Below, one piece after another: positions 47,330 to 56,935 of a DNA stretch of 64,000 nucleotides. Position 1 is the first letter of the stretch; each line of letters opens with the position of its first letter. Position numbers and translations under genes: made by a program. Source of the stretch: Candidatus Cloacimonadota bacterium (GTDB lineage Bacteria; Cloacimonadota; Cloacimonadia; Cloacimonadales; TCS61); the NCBI GenBank assembly GCA_030621085.1, contig JAUXIJ010000001.1:9809-73808 (forward strand), read 5' to 3'. Under the pieces are notes generated by a model, which was not told where the DNA came from, ran no database searches, and saw only the letters and a program-made list of their open reading frames with translations.

Positions 47330-47359
47330 TTGACTTAATATTTGTCAATAAGATATAAG
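47330..47359 (+). promoter_or_regulatory. Candidate sigma70-type promoter for the envelope cluster
   Basis: TTGACT (47330-47335), an 18-nt spacer, then TATAAG (47354-47359). Confidence 0.3.
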
Positions 47360-47386
47360 AAAAACTGATATGTTTTGGGGGTAATT

Positions 47387-48388
47387 ATGAAAAAAACTAT
47401 TTTGTATTTAATTTGTGTGATGCTGTTTTATTCTATCGCACTTTTATCCATGCCCTATACAGCCATGGGTAACATAAACATTCCTGATGCCTATGTGCTT
47501 CCTCACATGATGGTGGATTTCTCCTACACGAACTATTTCGTGAGCGATGGCAATATTCCATGGGTTACTGATACTACCGGTACCAGTACTAGGTACAATG
47601 AGTACGATTTTGCAGGTGGCCTCAGGATAGGACTGTTCGACATGGCGGAGCTCGGGCTGGTCTACACTAATACTGCGGGTGTATTCGGTAATTTGAAGGT
47701 GCGGATCATCAATGAAACGGAGTCCCTGCCGGCTCTCTCTTTCGGCATATTGAATCTCTTCTCTTCCGTTTCCGACTTTGAAAAGATCGATATACCGGAA
47801 AAATACGATTACACTGATCCGGTTGATTATATCAGTAACTCTCCCTACCTGGTGGTCAGTAAATCCCTGGTCATCATCACCGGTGTGCCGATCATGGACT
47901 ATCTGGAGACATCCTTTCATTTCGGGATGGGACAGAGGAAGTTCCACGGTAAGGGTGAGACCGTCAAAGGTTTTGGCGGTACTTTCGGCGGTATCGATGT
48001 AAAGCCTTCCCGCTACTGGGGCTTCGATCTCGAGTTTGACAGCCAAAACCTCAACTTCGGGCTTAACGGCTTCTACAAGAACTTTACATTACGCGTGGGA
48101 ATGTACGAAGTGGAAGACTTCCTGGGTATCAAGGGAGATGAGGGCAGTAATAAGCTGGCGATCAATCTGAAATACACACTGGATCATTTCTCAGAGATGA
48201 AAGCATCCGAAAAGAGGAAGAAAACCATCAGCCAACGTAGCAGGTCGATGGAAAAAACCACTCCGGAAGAGGTTGAAACTTACGATGAAGATAGTAATCC
48301 GCTTCGGGACGAACTCGAACAGATCAGAAAACGCAGAAAACAAGCTGAAAAGGAACTGGAAGAGATCCGTAAACTTCTGCAAGAATAA
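47387..48388 (+). CDS. Hypothetical outer-membrane protein with a charged C-terminal coiled-coil tail
   Basis: I chose the ATG at 47387 (MKKTILYLICVMLFYSIALLS signal peptide). The body is beta-strand rich. The tail is K/E/R-rich: ...EKRKKTISQRSRSMEKTTPEE...ELEQIRKRRKQAEKELEEIRKLLQE. Confidence 0.55.
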   Translation: MKKTILYLICVMLFYSIALLSMPYTAMGNINIPDAYVLPHMMVDFSYTNYFVSDGNIPWVTDTTGTSTRYNEYDFAGGLRIGLFDMAELGLVYTNTAGVFGNLKVRIINETESLPALSFGILNLFSSVSDFEKIDIPEKYDYTDPVDYISNSPYLVVSKSLVIITGVPIMDYLETSFHFGMGQRKFHGKGETVKGFGGTFGGIDVKPSRYWGFDLEFDSQNLNFGLNGFYKNFTLRVGMYEVEDFLGIKGDEGSNKLAINLKYTLDHFSEMKASEKRKKTISQRSRSMEKTTPEEVETYDEDSNPLRDELEQIRKRRKQAEKELEEIRKLLQE

Positions 48389-48400
48389 TAATTGTAACTT

Positions 48401-50422
48401 ATGAGAAAAATACTTTTTTCGTTAATCTTTACTCTCATTCTTGTGCAACTGGTTGCGCAAGATGATATTATGTCTATCTTGAAACCACAGGAGAAAAAAA
48501 AACCTCTGCTGCAACAATTGAAAGAAGAGCGCAGGGAACTGGCCATCCTGGAAGAAGAGATAACATATTTCTATAACCTGTTGCAGCAAAGAGCGGGTGT
48601 GCGCAAACTCTATAAAAAAGGAAAGGTCAGTGATCTGAAGAAAGTATTTTCCAAGAATGTAAAGGTTATGGACAGGATGTTCGAAGAGAACCGTCTGGAA
48701 GCTCTCAGCTTGAAGATAGGAGAACAGAAGATCATCTACGGCGATGTAGTTGAACTTCAGGATCAGATTCTTTTTTATCGTGCGAAACTGGCTTTTATCA
48801 AGAAAAATAATAAAAAAGCACAGAACCTGCTCGAGGATTTGGTAACGAATTACCCCCGGTCAGAAAGACTGAATCCCGGGCTGCTGATCCTGCAAGAGAT
48901 CTACTTCAGAGATGGTCGTGATGAACAACTGATCACCTGCTTCGACAATTATGCTGGAAAGATCAGCATAAAACAGAACTACTGGCTGGCCCACGCTTAC
49001 TTCAATGTCGGGAAATATGAGGAAGCTTTAAGCATCTTTAAAGTACTGTCTAAAGATAAAGAGTTCGGCTTTCGGGCTAAAGCCATGCAGGCCATGATCG
49101 CTTACTTTACGGATGGTATCGATACAGCAATAGAGAAATTTAAGATTCTCGAAGAACGTTACGGAGCAGGAACGGATTATTATGATTTTGTAATTCTTTC
49201 TCTGGCCCGACTCTATTCCGCCAGTGACGATATTGACAAGGCATTAAATCATTATGAAGATTACAGAAATATACACAATAGGAAAATGAGTGATGAATTA
49301 CTATACGAAATTGCTCTGCAATTCTACACTAGCCAGAATTTTGATATAGCCATTAGTTATTTCAACGAGATCGTAGAGAAAGAGGTTAAGAGTGAATACT
49401 TTGCTTCGGCAAAATTCCTGGTAGCTGTTTCCGAGCAGGGGCGTGGCAACTTTGATCAAGCTGAAAACACCTTGACCGAGATCATAAGCCGCAATAATAT
49501 CCTCCTGGAAACAATGAATACAAAATACAGATTACTGGCAAAATACAATGAAACTCGCCGGGAACTGAGCGGTTTGGATGTTCCTGCGGAAGAGATCGAA
49601 GCTCTGCAAAAAAAGGCAGATAACATTGAAGTGGCACTGCAAAGTACAAATAGTACTATGCAGGAACTCTATACAGGTCTTGATCCTGTATCGCTGGAAC
49701 TCCTGCAGCTGCTGGAAGAAGAATATCTCTCCTACAGCAATACCATTGCCGATATCGAAGCAATAATCCTACTGGCAAACACGATTCCCAACAAGAGGAT
49801 CCCGGCTATTATCGACCGGGAAATTGCCTCCACAGATTCCTCGATCGTAACCTTGCAAATACTGAACTACCTCGGTCACAGACCCAGGTTTACCTATAAG
49901 GACTATGATTTTGCCAGGGCTCTGGCCACAGAAAAAGTTTATCAGGATAACCTGCTGAAAACCTGGCATGAGATCGAACAGATAGCCATAGCCAATAATC
50001 ATGAGGAGATGGTTCAAACAATACGAGAATCCAGGCAACTGGTAGAAGAAAACCTCGAATCTATCGAAGTTATTGCCCAATACATGTTCAAAGGAAAACC
50101 CTCTGATGAATTCCAGCAGATCATCCAGGAGGAGTCTGAAGCTATCGATAAAAACAGGGAAAACCTGATCTCCCTGAAACAGGAAGTAATTGAGAATTTT
50201 AATAAACAGATAGCCCGGAGATTGAGTAAGGAAAAAGAAGTCCTGGTGGCTGAATTCCAGTCGCTTAATCTCTCTTATGATAAAGCTCTTGCTATTATCA
50301 TGACAGAAGTTACGGTAGAGAACGAGAAGTATCAGTTCAGTCTCTTGGGAGTACTTTTCAAGCAGACTCAAATCATAGACGAAGAGTATCAGGAATTTCA
50401 GGAAAAACTTAGAAATGAATAA
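48401..50422 (+). CDS. Secreted TPR-like / coiled-coil protein (673 aa)
   Basis: Signal peptide MRKILFSLIFTLILVQLVAQ. TPR-like helices (LAHAYFNVGKYEEALSIFKVL, IALQFYTSQNFDIAISYFNEI). The C-terminal half is a long coiled coil. Confidence 0.6.
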   Translation: MRKILFSLIFTLILVQLVAQDDIMSILKPQEKKKPLLQQLKEERRELAILEEEITYFYNLLQQRAGVRKLYKKGKVSDLKKVFSKNVKVMDRMFEENRLEALSLKIGEQKIIYGDVVELQDQILFYRAKLAFIKKNNKKAQNLLEDLVTNYPRSERLNPGLLILQEIYFRDGRDEQLITCFDNYAGKISIKQNYWLAHAYFNVGKYEEALSIFKVLSKDKEFGFRAKAMQAMIAYFTDGIDTAIEKFKILEERYGAGTDYYDFVILSLARLYSASDDIDKALNHYEDYRNIHNRKMSDELLYEIALQFYTSQNFDIAISYFNEIVEKEVKSEYFASAKFLVAVSEQGRGNFDQAENTLTEIISRNNILLETMNTKYRLLAKYNETRRELSGLDVPAEEIEALQKKADNIEVALQSTNSTMQELYTGLDPVSLELLQLLEEEYLSYSNTIADIEAIILLANTIPNKRIPAIIDREIASTDSSIVTLQILNYLGHRPRFTYKDYDFARALATEKVYQDNLLKTWHEIEQIAIANNHEEMVQTIRESRQLVEENLESIEVIAQYMFKGKPSDEFQQIIQEESEAIDKNRENLISLKQEVIENFNKQIARRLSKEKEVLVAEFQSLNLSYDKALAIIMTEVTVENEKYQFSLLGVLFKQTQIIDEEYQEFQEKLRNE

Positions 50423-53400
50423 TATCACAGGCAGAAAGTTAACTTTTATTATTATAATATCGTTGCTGGCAGTGGCAGGAATTACAGCCCAGGATGTTGT
50501 TAACGAAGTAAATACCCAGTTGCAGGAAAAGTTTAATAAAAAGATCGCCTACAAAAAGGATGTTTATCAGAAAACCTTAAGATTTATTAATGAAAATCCC
50601 AATTCACCGGGCTTATCCACTCTCTATTTTAATCTTGCTGAAATGAGCACGGAAATCGATATTCATAATCCATCCATAACGGCCGGATTTTATAAAAAAG
50701 TGTTGGAAAAAGATAACAACTTCCTGCAAAAAGATGCTGTTCTTTATAATATCGGTTACTATGGCTTCACTTCGGAAGTTTACCAGCGCGATGAAGCCAG
50801 ACAGAGAAATATCGATCTGGTCATGAACTGGCCCGATTCCCTGCGTTTAACTGAAGAAAGGCTGCAGTATGTACTCGATGTCTACAGGCAGGTCTGGGAA
50901 GATTTCCCGGAATCGAGCTATAATACCGAAGCAGGTTACAGACTGGGAACGGTTTACTTTGAGATCGCTCTCGATACCCGTGTTCCTCAGGAATATTATG
51001 AAAAAGCTATCTACTATTTTAACCTGGTTTCGAAGAAAGAAAACGATGCCCTGGCACATTATGGTCTTTTCCAGAGAGCCTGGACCTATTTTGCCAGTGC
51101 CAACTTCACAAAAGCTATTGAAGATTTTACCCTTATTCTTCAAATCATCCATCTCGATTCCCTGCAAATAGAAAAAACCTTCTTTGAAGCAGATGCTATC
51201 GAAAATATAGCTTATAGTTTGATCGAATATGACGGTACCGATTTTGAACAATTCTCCATGGCTGCTGATAAAGCAAAGGAGATATTTCATAGCTTTGTAA
51301 GCAAGGAATATGGTAAGGAAGTAATCCTGAAATCGATCGAGCTGAAGCATAAATACAACGCACCGATGCAGGCAGTGGATCTTTACAACGCCTATCTTAC
51401 CCTCTATCCCGAAGGACTTAACTGTCCCCTTTTCGCAGATTCCATCATGACCATCTACAAGCGCAATCCAGCCAGAACCAGAGGTGGTGTTGCCGCGGAA
51501 GAGTTGATTATTGATGAGTATATTCGCCTGACAAAAGAGTTCAGAGTCGATTCCCCCTGGTTCCAGGGCAATGCGGAGGTTGATAAAACACCGCAACTGG
51601 CTGTGATTCGAGAAGCATATGAATTCATGGAACCGAAATATTATAACAACTTCGCTCAATCTGCAGATGAAAGTGATTATCTTATATATAAAGATCTTGT
51701 GGAAAATTATTGCCTCTATGATGCTTTCAGGGATGAGGACGGTTCCAAACAGATGGAAAACATGCGTAAGAATGTGATCGACTTCAGTCAGGATATGGCT
51801 GAATCCAGCCAGGATCCCCGTCTCTATTTTGCTGTAATAACCGATATCAATACATTTATCGAAAGCTATCCTGAACATCCAGCCCTGCAGGAGTACAAGG
51901 AAACAGAATTCTACAATCATGAACAGATCTATAATATTCTAGAACCTACCATCGAAGATAGTGCTTATGTGGATACGGTGAATAATATCACCCTCGATAA
52001 AGATGATCTTGATTCTCTTTTTGTGATGGCGGCTCGGAAATATGAAGACTACCTGACCACTGCTGCCACCTCCAGTAAGACTATAGAAACAGAGCTGATC
52101 CGCATCGTTTACCAGCGTGCCGAACTGAATTATGCACGTAATAAATTTGAGGAAGCATACAACGATTTCATCAGACTGCAGAACTATGCTATCAATAATG
52201 AGATAAAAAAGATATCTTTTGCCAGATTGGCCGAGATCAGCCAGTCCCGCAATGATTACAGCGGAGCAGAAAACTATTATCGGGAAGCTAGCAAGTATGC
52301 CTCCGATGAAGAAAAACAGGTCTATAACAATAACATCCTGGCTACCATGCAGACCAAGGCTAATACACTGGCAGATTCAGCGGATTATATCTCTGCTGCC
52401 CAGGAATATTTGCGGCTGGCTGCTGAGATCGAAAATGAAGATCTGGAAAAGAGCATGGGCTTCATAGTTAAGGCTATAGAAAGTTACCAGCAGGCCGGAG
52501 AAAATCAGACAGCTATTGATCTTTTCCTGGATATTGCTGCCAAAAAGGATGATAAAAATGATATCCTGGCAGCTTATATCAGCGCCTGGACCATCTCCGA
52601 CAGCCTGCAGGATTGGGAGCAGAGCGAAAGACTCCGCAAGCAGTTTATTAATAAATTCAAAGATTCCAACGAAGCTTATAAACTTCGTTTGCAGATAATT
52701 GGTTTTTATGAAGGTGAGCAGTTCAACGATAAAGAACGTGCTGCCGATATGTACCTGCAGCTTCATGATGAAGCAGATCAAATGGATATTGGCGAAGATC
52801 AAAAAGAGAGCATTTTCTTAAATGCCTATCGCATTTATAACGAACTGGGCAATGAGAATATGATCGTGGAACTGTGTCTTCGCTTTGAAAAACTCTATCC
52901 CTCTCATCCCAAAGCCAATGACTTCCTGATCAGGATCGCCAAGATCTATAATGACCGGGGAGAAGAGCAGAAATTTGAAGAATTGGCTGCCTACCTTTAT
53001 AAGAAAGATCCCACCATCGATCTCTTTATAACTATTGCCGCTGAGAAATTGAAAGAGATCAAAACCGAAGTTGACAGCCTTTTCGAATCCGAACAATATA
53101 GTAAAATGTTTGCCAGCATAAAAGCTTTCAAAGCGGCTGATGAACATTATAGAGATAAAAATCTACTGCTTCCTACAGAGGCGATTTACGAAGCTTTCGA
53201 TTATTACGATAATTACATCACTTTCCATAATCGCTTTGAGGAAGAGTTGAACAGGATCGAAGTCAGCTTTCTGGCTTCTACACCAGATGAACTGCTGCGT
53301 GTAAACGAACTGACGGAATGGAAGAACCACCTTACGGACGGCAAGCGGCGTATTCCCAAACTTCTGGAGCAATGCGATGCTCTGAAAACAGATGTGATCG

Positions 53401-54857
53401 CGCTCATCCAGGAAGGAAACAATTTTGGACTGAAACCGGAAAATAGAACCCGAGCTTTATATATTGGGGGAAAAATATATGATCATGGAGCCAATGTTGT
53501 TCAAAAGCAGATCCAGAAATATATCGATGTCTCCAAACAGTTGAATAATGAACAGATGCAGGCTAACCCTGTGCAGCAGAAACAGTATAAAATGGCCATC
53601 AACAATAAAGGAAATGAATTCGTGCTGACCTTTCTCAAGAAGGGTGTTCAACTCTACAATACCCTGCTCGCTACCTTCTATGATGGTAAAGATTATTCTG
53701 ATCAGTGGACCGACTTAGCCAATGAAAGATTGGTAGAATTGGGTGTTCGAAAACCGAAAGTGCTCGAACATATTTACACAAATTCTGCCTGGGAAGTAAA
53801 TAAAACAGCCATTAGTGATCTATCTGCAAGTAACGTAAACAGTGCTTCCTGGAATGCAGCGCAGATAGCTCCCCAGTCCACTGTTTTTGATTCTGCCCGG
53901 GTAATTTTGGTACCACCCCGACAGGAGATGTATCTGAAAAGGGAATTTACTGCAGAAATAAAACCGGAACTGATTACTTTCGATTATGCCTATGACAAAC
54001 CGGTCGAAGTGTATTTGAATAATGTGCTGGTAGAAAAAGCAGCAACTCTGCGGGAGGATTTTATTAAAGTGAATAATGTGCTGACTCCGCATTATTCAAT
54101 TATTTCCTCCAAGAATATGAAATCCGGCATGAACAATATTATTATAAAAATAGCGGTGGATTCAACAGCTGTCGATCCAACTCTGTTCAGTTCTTTCATT
54201 ACCCTGCAGTATGATAAGGAAAAACTGGAGATCGCCAAAACTACCGAAAAGAAAATCCTGCTGTCTGATTACAGCTGGCTGACCAGGAAAGATGACTTTG
54301 CGCTGGAAGAGGAAACTTCAAATATTGAAGAAGAAACGGCAATTACCGACACCATGCCGGCAGACACCCTAGCCTCTACCCAGGTGCAGGCGGATAGTAT
54401 GGCAGTAGATCAGGAAGAAGCAGGCTGGAAAATAGCTGGTGCCAGCAACTTCCAGTTCTTCAAGGCTCAGATGTTCGGTCTGGAAAGCAGTGGGGCGCTG
54501 GATATTTGGCATCCGGTGATTGATTCTAATAATGTAGAGACAGTATATTTTAAAAAGGATATCGATCTCGATGGTGATGTAATCCAGGCTCATGCTAAAT
54601 TAATCGGTCAGAATAGTGTAACACTCTGGGTGAATGATGAACTGGTGATAGCTGATCAGGGATTGATCGTGGATGACAGGTTGAAAAAGATACAATCTCA
54701 CGAGGTCAGCATTAGCCAACTGAAACCCGGGAAGAATACCATACTGGCAAAAGTTGTAGGCGGTAGAGAATTCAAGGGCTTTATCTTTGAAATGAATTAT
54801 ACTATCAAGAAAACAATAATAAATTCGGAGATAGATAATCCGGGTATCTCAGAATGA
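50415..54857 (+). CDS. Giant secreted TPR-rich protein (1480 aa) with a beta-rich C-terminal region
   Basis: The start overlaps the previous stop by 8 nt. Signal peptide LTFIIIISLLAVAGITAQ. Many TPR-like hairpins over ~1100 aa (YRLGTVYFEIA, YEKAIYYFNLV, FQRAWTYFASANFTKAIEDF, ...). The last ~350 aa are beta-sandwich-like. Confidence 0.65.
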   Translation: MNNITGRKLTFIIIISLLAVAGITAQDVVNEVNTQLQEKFNKKIAYKKDVYQKTLRFINENPNSPGLSTLYFNLAEMSTEIDIHNPSITAGFYKKVLEKDNNFLQKDAVLYNIGYYGFTSEVYQRDEARQRNIDLVMNWPDSLRLTEERLQYVLDVYRQVWEDFPESSYNTEAGYRLGTVYFEIALDTRVPQEYYEKAIYYFNLVSKKENDALAHYGLFQRAWTYFASANFTKAIEDFTLILQIIHLDSLQIEKTFFEADAIENIAYSLIEYDGTDFEQFSMAADKAKEIFHSFVSKEYGKEVILKSIELKHKYNAPMQAVDLYNAYLTLYPEGLNCPLFADSIMTIYKRNPARTRGGVAAEELIIDEYIRLTKEFRVDSPWFQGNAEVDKTPQLAVIREAYEFMEPKYYNNFAQSADESDYLIYKDLVENYCLYDAFRDEDGSKQMENMRKNVIDFSQDMAESSQDPRLYFAVITDINTFIESYPEHPALQEYKETEFYNHEQIYNILEPTIEDSAYVDTVNNITLDKDDLDSLFVMAARKYEDYLTTAATSSKTIETELIRIVYQRAELNYARNKFEEAYNDFIRLQNYAINNEIKKISFARLAEISQSRNDYSGAENYYREASKYASDEEKQVYNNNILATMQTKANTLADSADYISAAQEYLRLAAEIENEDLEKSMGFIVKAIESYQQAGENQTAIDLFLDIAAKKDDKNDILAAYISAWTISDSLQDWEQSERLRKQFINKFKDSNEAYKLRLQIIGFYEGEQFNDKERAADMYLQLHDEADQMDIGEDQKESIFLNAYRIYNELGNENMIVELCLRFEKLYPSHPKANDFLIRIAKIYNDRGEEQKFEELAAYLYKKDPTIDLFITIAAEKLKEIKTEVDSLFESEQYSKMFASIKAFKAADEHYRDKNLLLPTEAIYEAFDYYDNYITFHNRFEEELNRIEVSFLASTPDELLRVNELTEWKNHLTDGKRRIPKLLEQCDALKTDVIALIQEGNNFGLKPENRTRALYIGGKIYDHGANVVQKQIQKYIDVSKQLNNEQMQANPVQQKQYKMAINNKGNEFVLTFLKKGVQLYNTLLATFYDGKDYSDQWTDLANERLVELGVRKPKVLEHIYTNSAWEVNKTAISDLSASNVNSASWNAAQIAPQSTVFDSARVILVPPRQEMYLKREFTAEIKPELITFDYAYDKPVEVYLNNVLVEKAATLREDFIKVNNVLTPHYSIISSKNMKSGMNNIIIKIAVDSTAVDPTLFSSFITLQYDKEKLEIAKTTEKKILLSDYSWLTRKDDFALEEETSNIEEETAITDTMPADTLASTQVQADSMAVDQEEAGWKIAGASNFQFFKAQMFGLESSGALDIWHPVIDSNNVETVYFKKDIDLDGDVIQAHAKLIGQNSVTLWVNDELVIADQGLIVDDRLKKIQSHEVSISQLKPGKNTILAKVVGGREFKGFIFEMNYTIKKTIINSEIDNPGISE

Positions 54858-54867
54858 GAGGTGAATT

Positions 54868-55128
54868 ATGAAAAGAATAGTGATTTTGTGCATATTAATT
54901 ATATTTATTTCCTCTTTGCTGGCGCAAACCACAAGCAATCAAAGCACCAAATCGGCCAAGTACAAAAATCTCAAAAAACTGAAAAGCGAAGCTGAAGAGG
55001 ATGCAAAAATTGAGATCCGTAAACCGGATAATGCTGCACTGATGCCACGCACTCAGACGGATTACAGTTCCGATATGAAATTGAATGTTATAGATAAATT
55101 TAAAAAATCCAATAAATTACTTTACTAA
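54868..55128 (+). CDS. Small secreted protein (86 aa)
   Basis: GAGAGGTG RBS and signal peptide MKRIVILCILIIFISSLLAQ. The mature part is K/S-rich. Confidence 0.45.
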   Translation: MKRIVILCILIIFISSLLAQTTSNQSTKSAKYKNLKKLKSEAEEDAKIEIRKPDNAALMPRTQTDYSSDMKLNVIDKFKKSNKLLY

Positions 55129-55140
55129 GGGAGGTAAGTA

Positions 55141-55866
55141 ATGAGTAGAAGTCTCAGATTATTATTGCTGGTTATTTTATTATTCAGCGTAAGCAGTCTT
55201 TCTGCTGCTGTCAATGTAGTCGATATGTTCGTACAGGGTGGTGTGTTCATGTACATCATCTCTTTCTTATTGATCGTGATGCTCATTATGTCGATTATCA
55301 AGTACTGGCAACTCACAATTAAAGAGAAACTGGACACCAAGAAATTTTATCTTAAATTGAAAGGTTATATTAAAAATAACCAGACGGAAGAAGCGATCCG
55401 TATCAGCTCTCAATTCAAGAAGACCACAATCGGTTTTATTTTCTGGAACGGTCTGCTGGGCTATAACGACGGCTTGAAATCCGGTAAGAAAGGCATGGAA
55501 CTGCAAAAACATCTGCAGAACTCTTTTGATGAAGCAGGCTTGCAGGCAATTCCACATGTGGAAGCAGGTTTATTCTGGTTCGATATTATCGCCCAGGTTT
55601 CCACATTGCTGGGTCTGCTGGGAACTATCTTTGGTCTGGTAATATCCTTCGACGCTATAGCCCATGCACCCGAAGCCGATAAGAGCCGGATGCTTACAGC
55701 AGGTATTTCCATGGCTATGGGAACCACAGCCTACGGTTTGATGGTTGCTATTCCCACCATGCTTATCAAAGGTGCTCTGCAGGCAAGAGCTCAGAAAATT
55801 ATCAATGACATTGACGAGTATAGTGTAAAAACGATAAACCAGATAACCTACGCTATGAAGGATTAG
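55141..55866 (+). CDS. MotA/TolQ/ExbB-family proton channel
   Basis: GGGAGG RBS. Three TM segments. Conserved motif: VSTLLGLLGTIFGLVISF...MAMGTTAYGLMVAIP. Confidence 0.85.
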   Translation: MSRSLRLLLLVILLFSVSSLSAAVNVVDMFVQGGVFMYIISFLLIVMLIMSIIKYWQLTIKEKLDTKKFYLKLKGYIKNNQTEEAIRISSQFKKTTIGFIFWNGLLGYNDGLKSGKKGMELQKHLQNSFDEAGLQAIPHVEAGLFWFDIIAQVSTLLGLLGTIFGLVISFDAIAHAPEADKSRMLTAGISMAMGTTAYGLMVAIPTMLIKGALQARAQKIINDIDEYSVKTINQITYAMKD

Positions 55867-55870
55867 TATT

Positions 55871-56377
55871 ATGGCATACGGTCCATCCCAAAACAGGACG
55901 GGATCTCAGCAAGAACATCGAGAACCTAATCTCATTCCCATTATGAATCTCTTCATAGTTATCATTCCCATGTTAATGACCATCATGGTCTCTGTACATC
56001 TGGCGATGATAGAGATAACATTGCCTGCTCAGTCTGCTGGTGGTGGTAACGGTGAAGAAGCTGAAGAACAGGTGGAAGATCTACCTAAAATGATAACTTT
56101 AGCCCTTTTTCCTGATCGTTTCGAGATCATGGTAGAAGGTGATAAAGGAGTTACTGAGATTCCACAGTTGAGCCCGGGTCGACATGATTTTGTTACTCTT
56201 GATAAGAATATAGCCGAACTTAAATTAGTACACGAAAAACAGGGCACAATAGAAGTACTACCTGATCCTACAGTAAGGTTCGATACACTGCTGCGTTCGA
56301 TCGATATATGCAAGAGCAACGATTTCCCGAATATAAAATATCTTACAGCCTTAACCAAATACTACCGAGCAAAATAG
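55871..56377 (+). CDS. ExbD/TolR-family protein (copy 1)
   Basis: N-terminal motif EPNLIPIMNLFIVIIPMLM (single TM), followed by a periplasmic domain. Confidence 0.7.
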   Translation: MAYGPSQNRTGSQQEHREPNLIPIMNLFIVIIPMLMTIMVSVHLAMIEITLPAQSAGGGNGEEAEEQVEDLPKMITLALFPDRFEIMVEGDKGVTEIPQLSPGRHDFVTLDKNIAELKLVHEKQGTIEVLPDPTVRFDTLLRSIDICKSNDFPNIKYLTALTKYYRAK

Positions 56378-56386
56378 GAGCGTAAT

Positions 56387-56923
56387 ATGAAACGAGCATC
56401 AGTAAAAGTAGATAGATCAGCCGGGAGTTCCGGATTTACAAGACGCTCGCGCGGTAATAAAACAAGAGACCTTAACATTACTTCACTTATTGATATTCTG
56501 ACAATTCTACTGGTTTTTATGATAAAGAACATCTCCATGGATGCCAGCCAGAAAAATGCTCCCGAAGGCATGCTGCTGCCAACAACCGTTAGCAAGAATG
56601 AGCTGATCGAGAGTGGGAAAGCTGTTTTCGTGAAGATCTACACAGATAAAATCCTCTATGGTGCAGAAAATATTCCGATTGGATCGTTGCAGGATTTTAT
56701 CAGCAGCCAGGAAACCAGACAATCTCTTCTCAGGTTATTACAGATGGAAGCGAAATCGATAATGGCAATGCACAGCCAACCATGTCTATTGATCCAGGCG
56801 GATAAGGATCTACCGTGCAGATATATCACGGAATTCATAAAATTCAGTGCCCAGGCTTCATTTGCCAACATCTATTTTTCTACTATTCATTCCGAGAACA
56901 AAGAAGAAGTATTGGGTATTTAA
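56387..56923 (+). CDS. ExbD/TolR-family protein (copy 2)
   Basis: AGGAG RBS. Motif LNITSLIDILTILLVFMI (single TM), followed by a periplasmic domain. Confidence 0.75.
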   Translation: MKRASVKVDRSAGSSGFTRRSRGNKTRDLNITSLIDILTILLVFMIKNISMDASQKNAPEGMLLPTTVSKNELIESGKAVFVKIYTDKILYGAENIPIGSLQDFISSQETRQSLLRLLQMEAKSIMAMHSQPCLLIQADKDLPCRYITEFIKFSAQASFANIYFSTIHSENKEEVLGI

Positions 56924-56935
56924 AAAGAGGTGGCT

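Noticed and set aside
50847-51920. A 357-aa ORF antisense to the giant TPR gene. Similar antisense ORFs occur at 41834-42499 (dnaE), 47444-48046 (OMP) and 49769-50428.
   Set aside because: The sense-strand genes have signal peptides, RBSs and recognisable domains. The antisense products are compositionally implausible.
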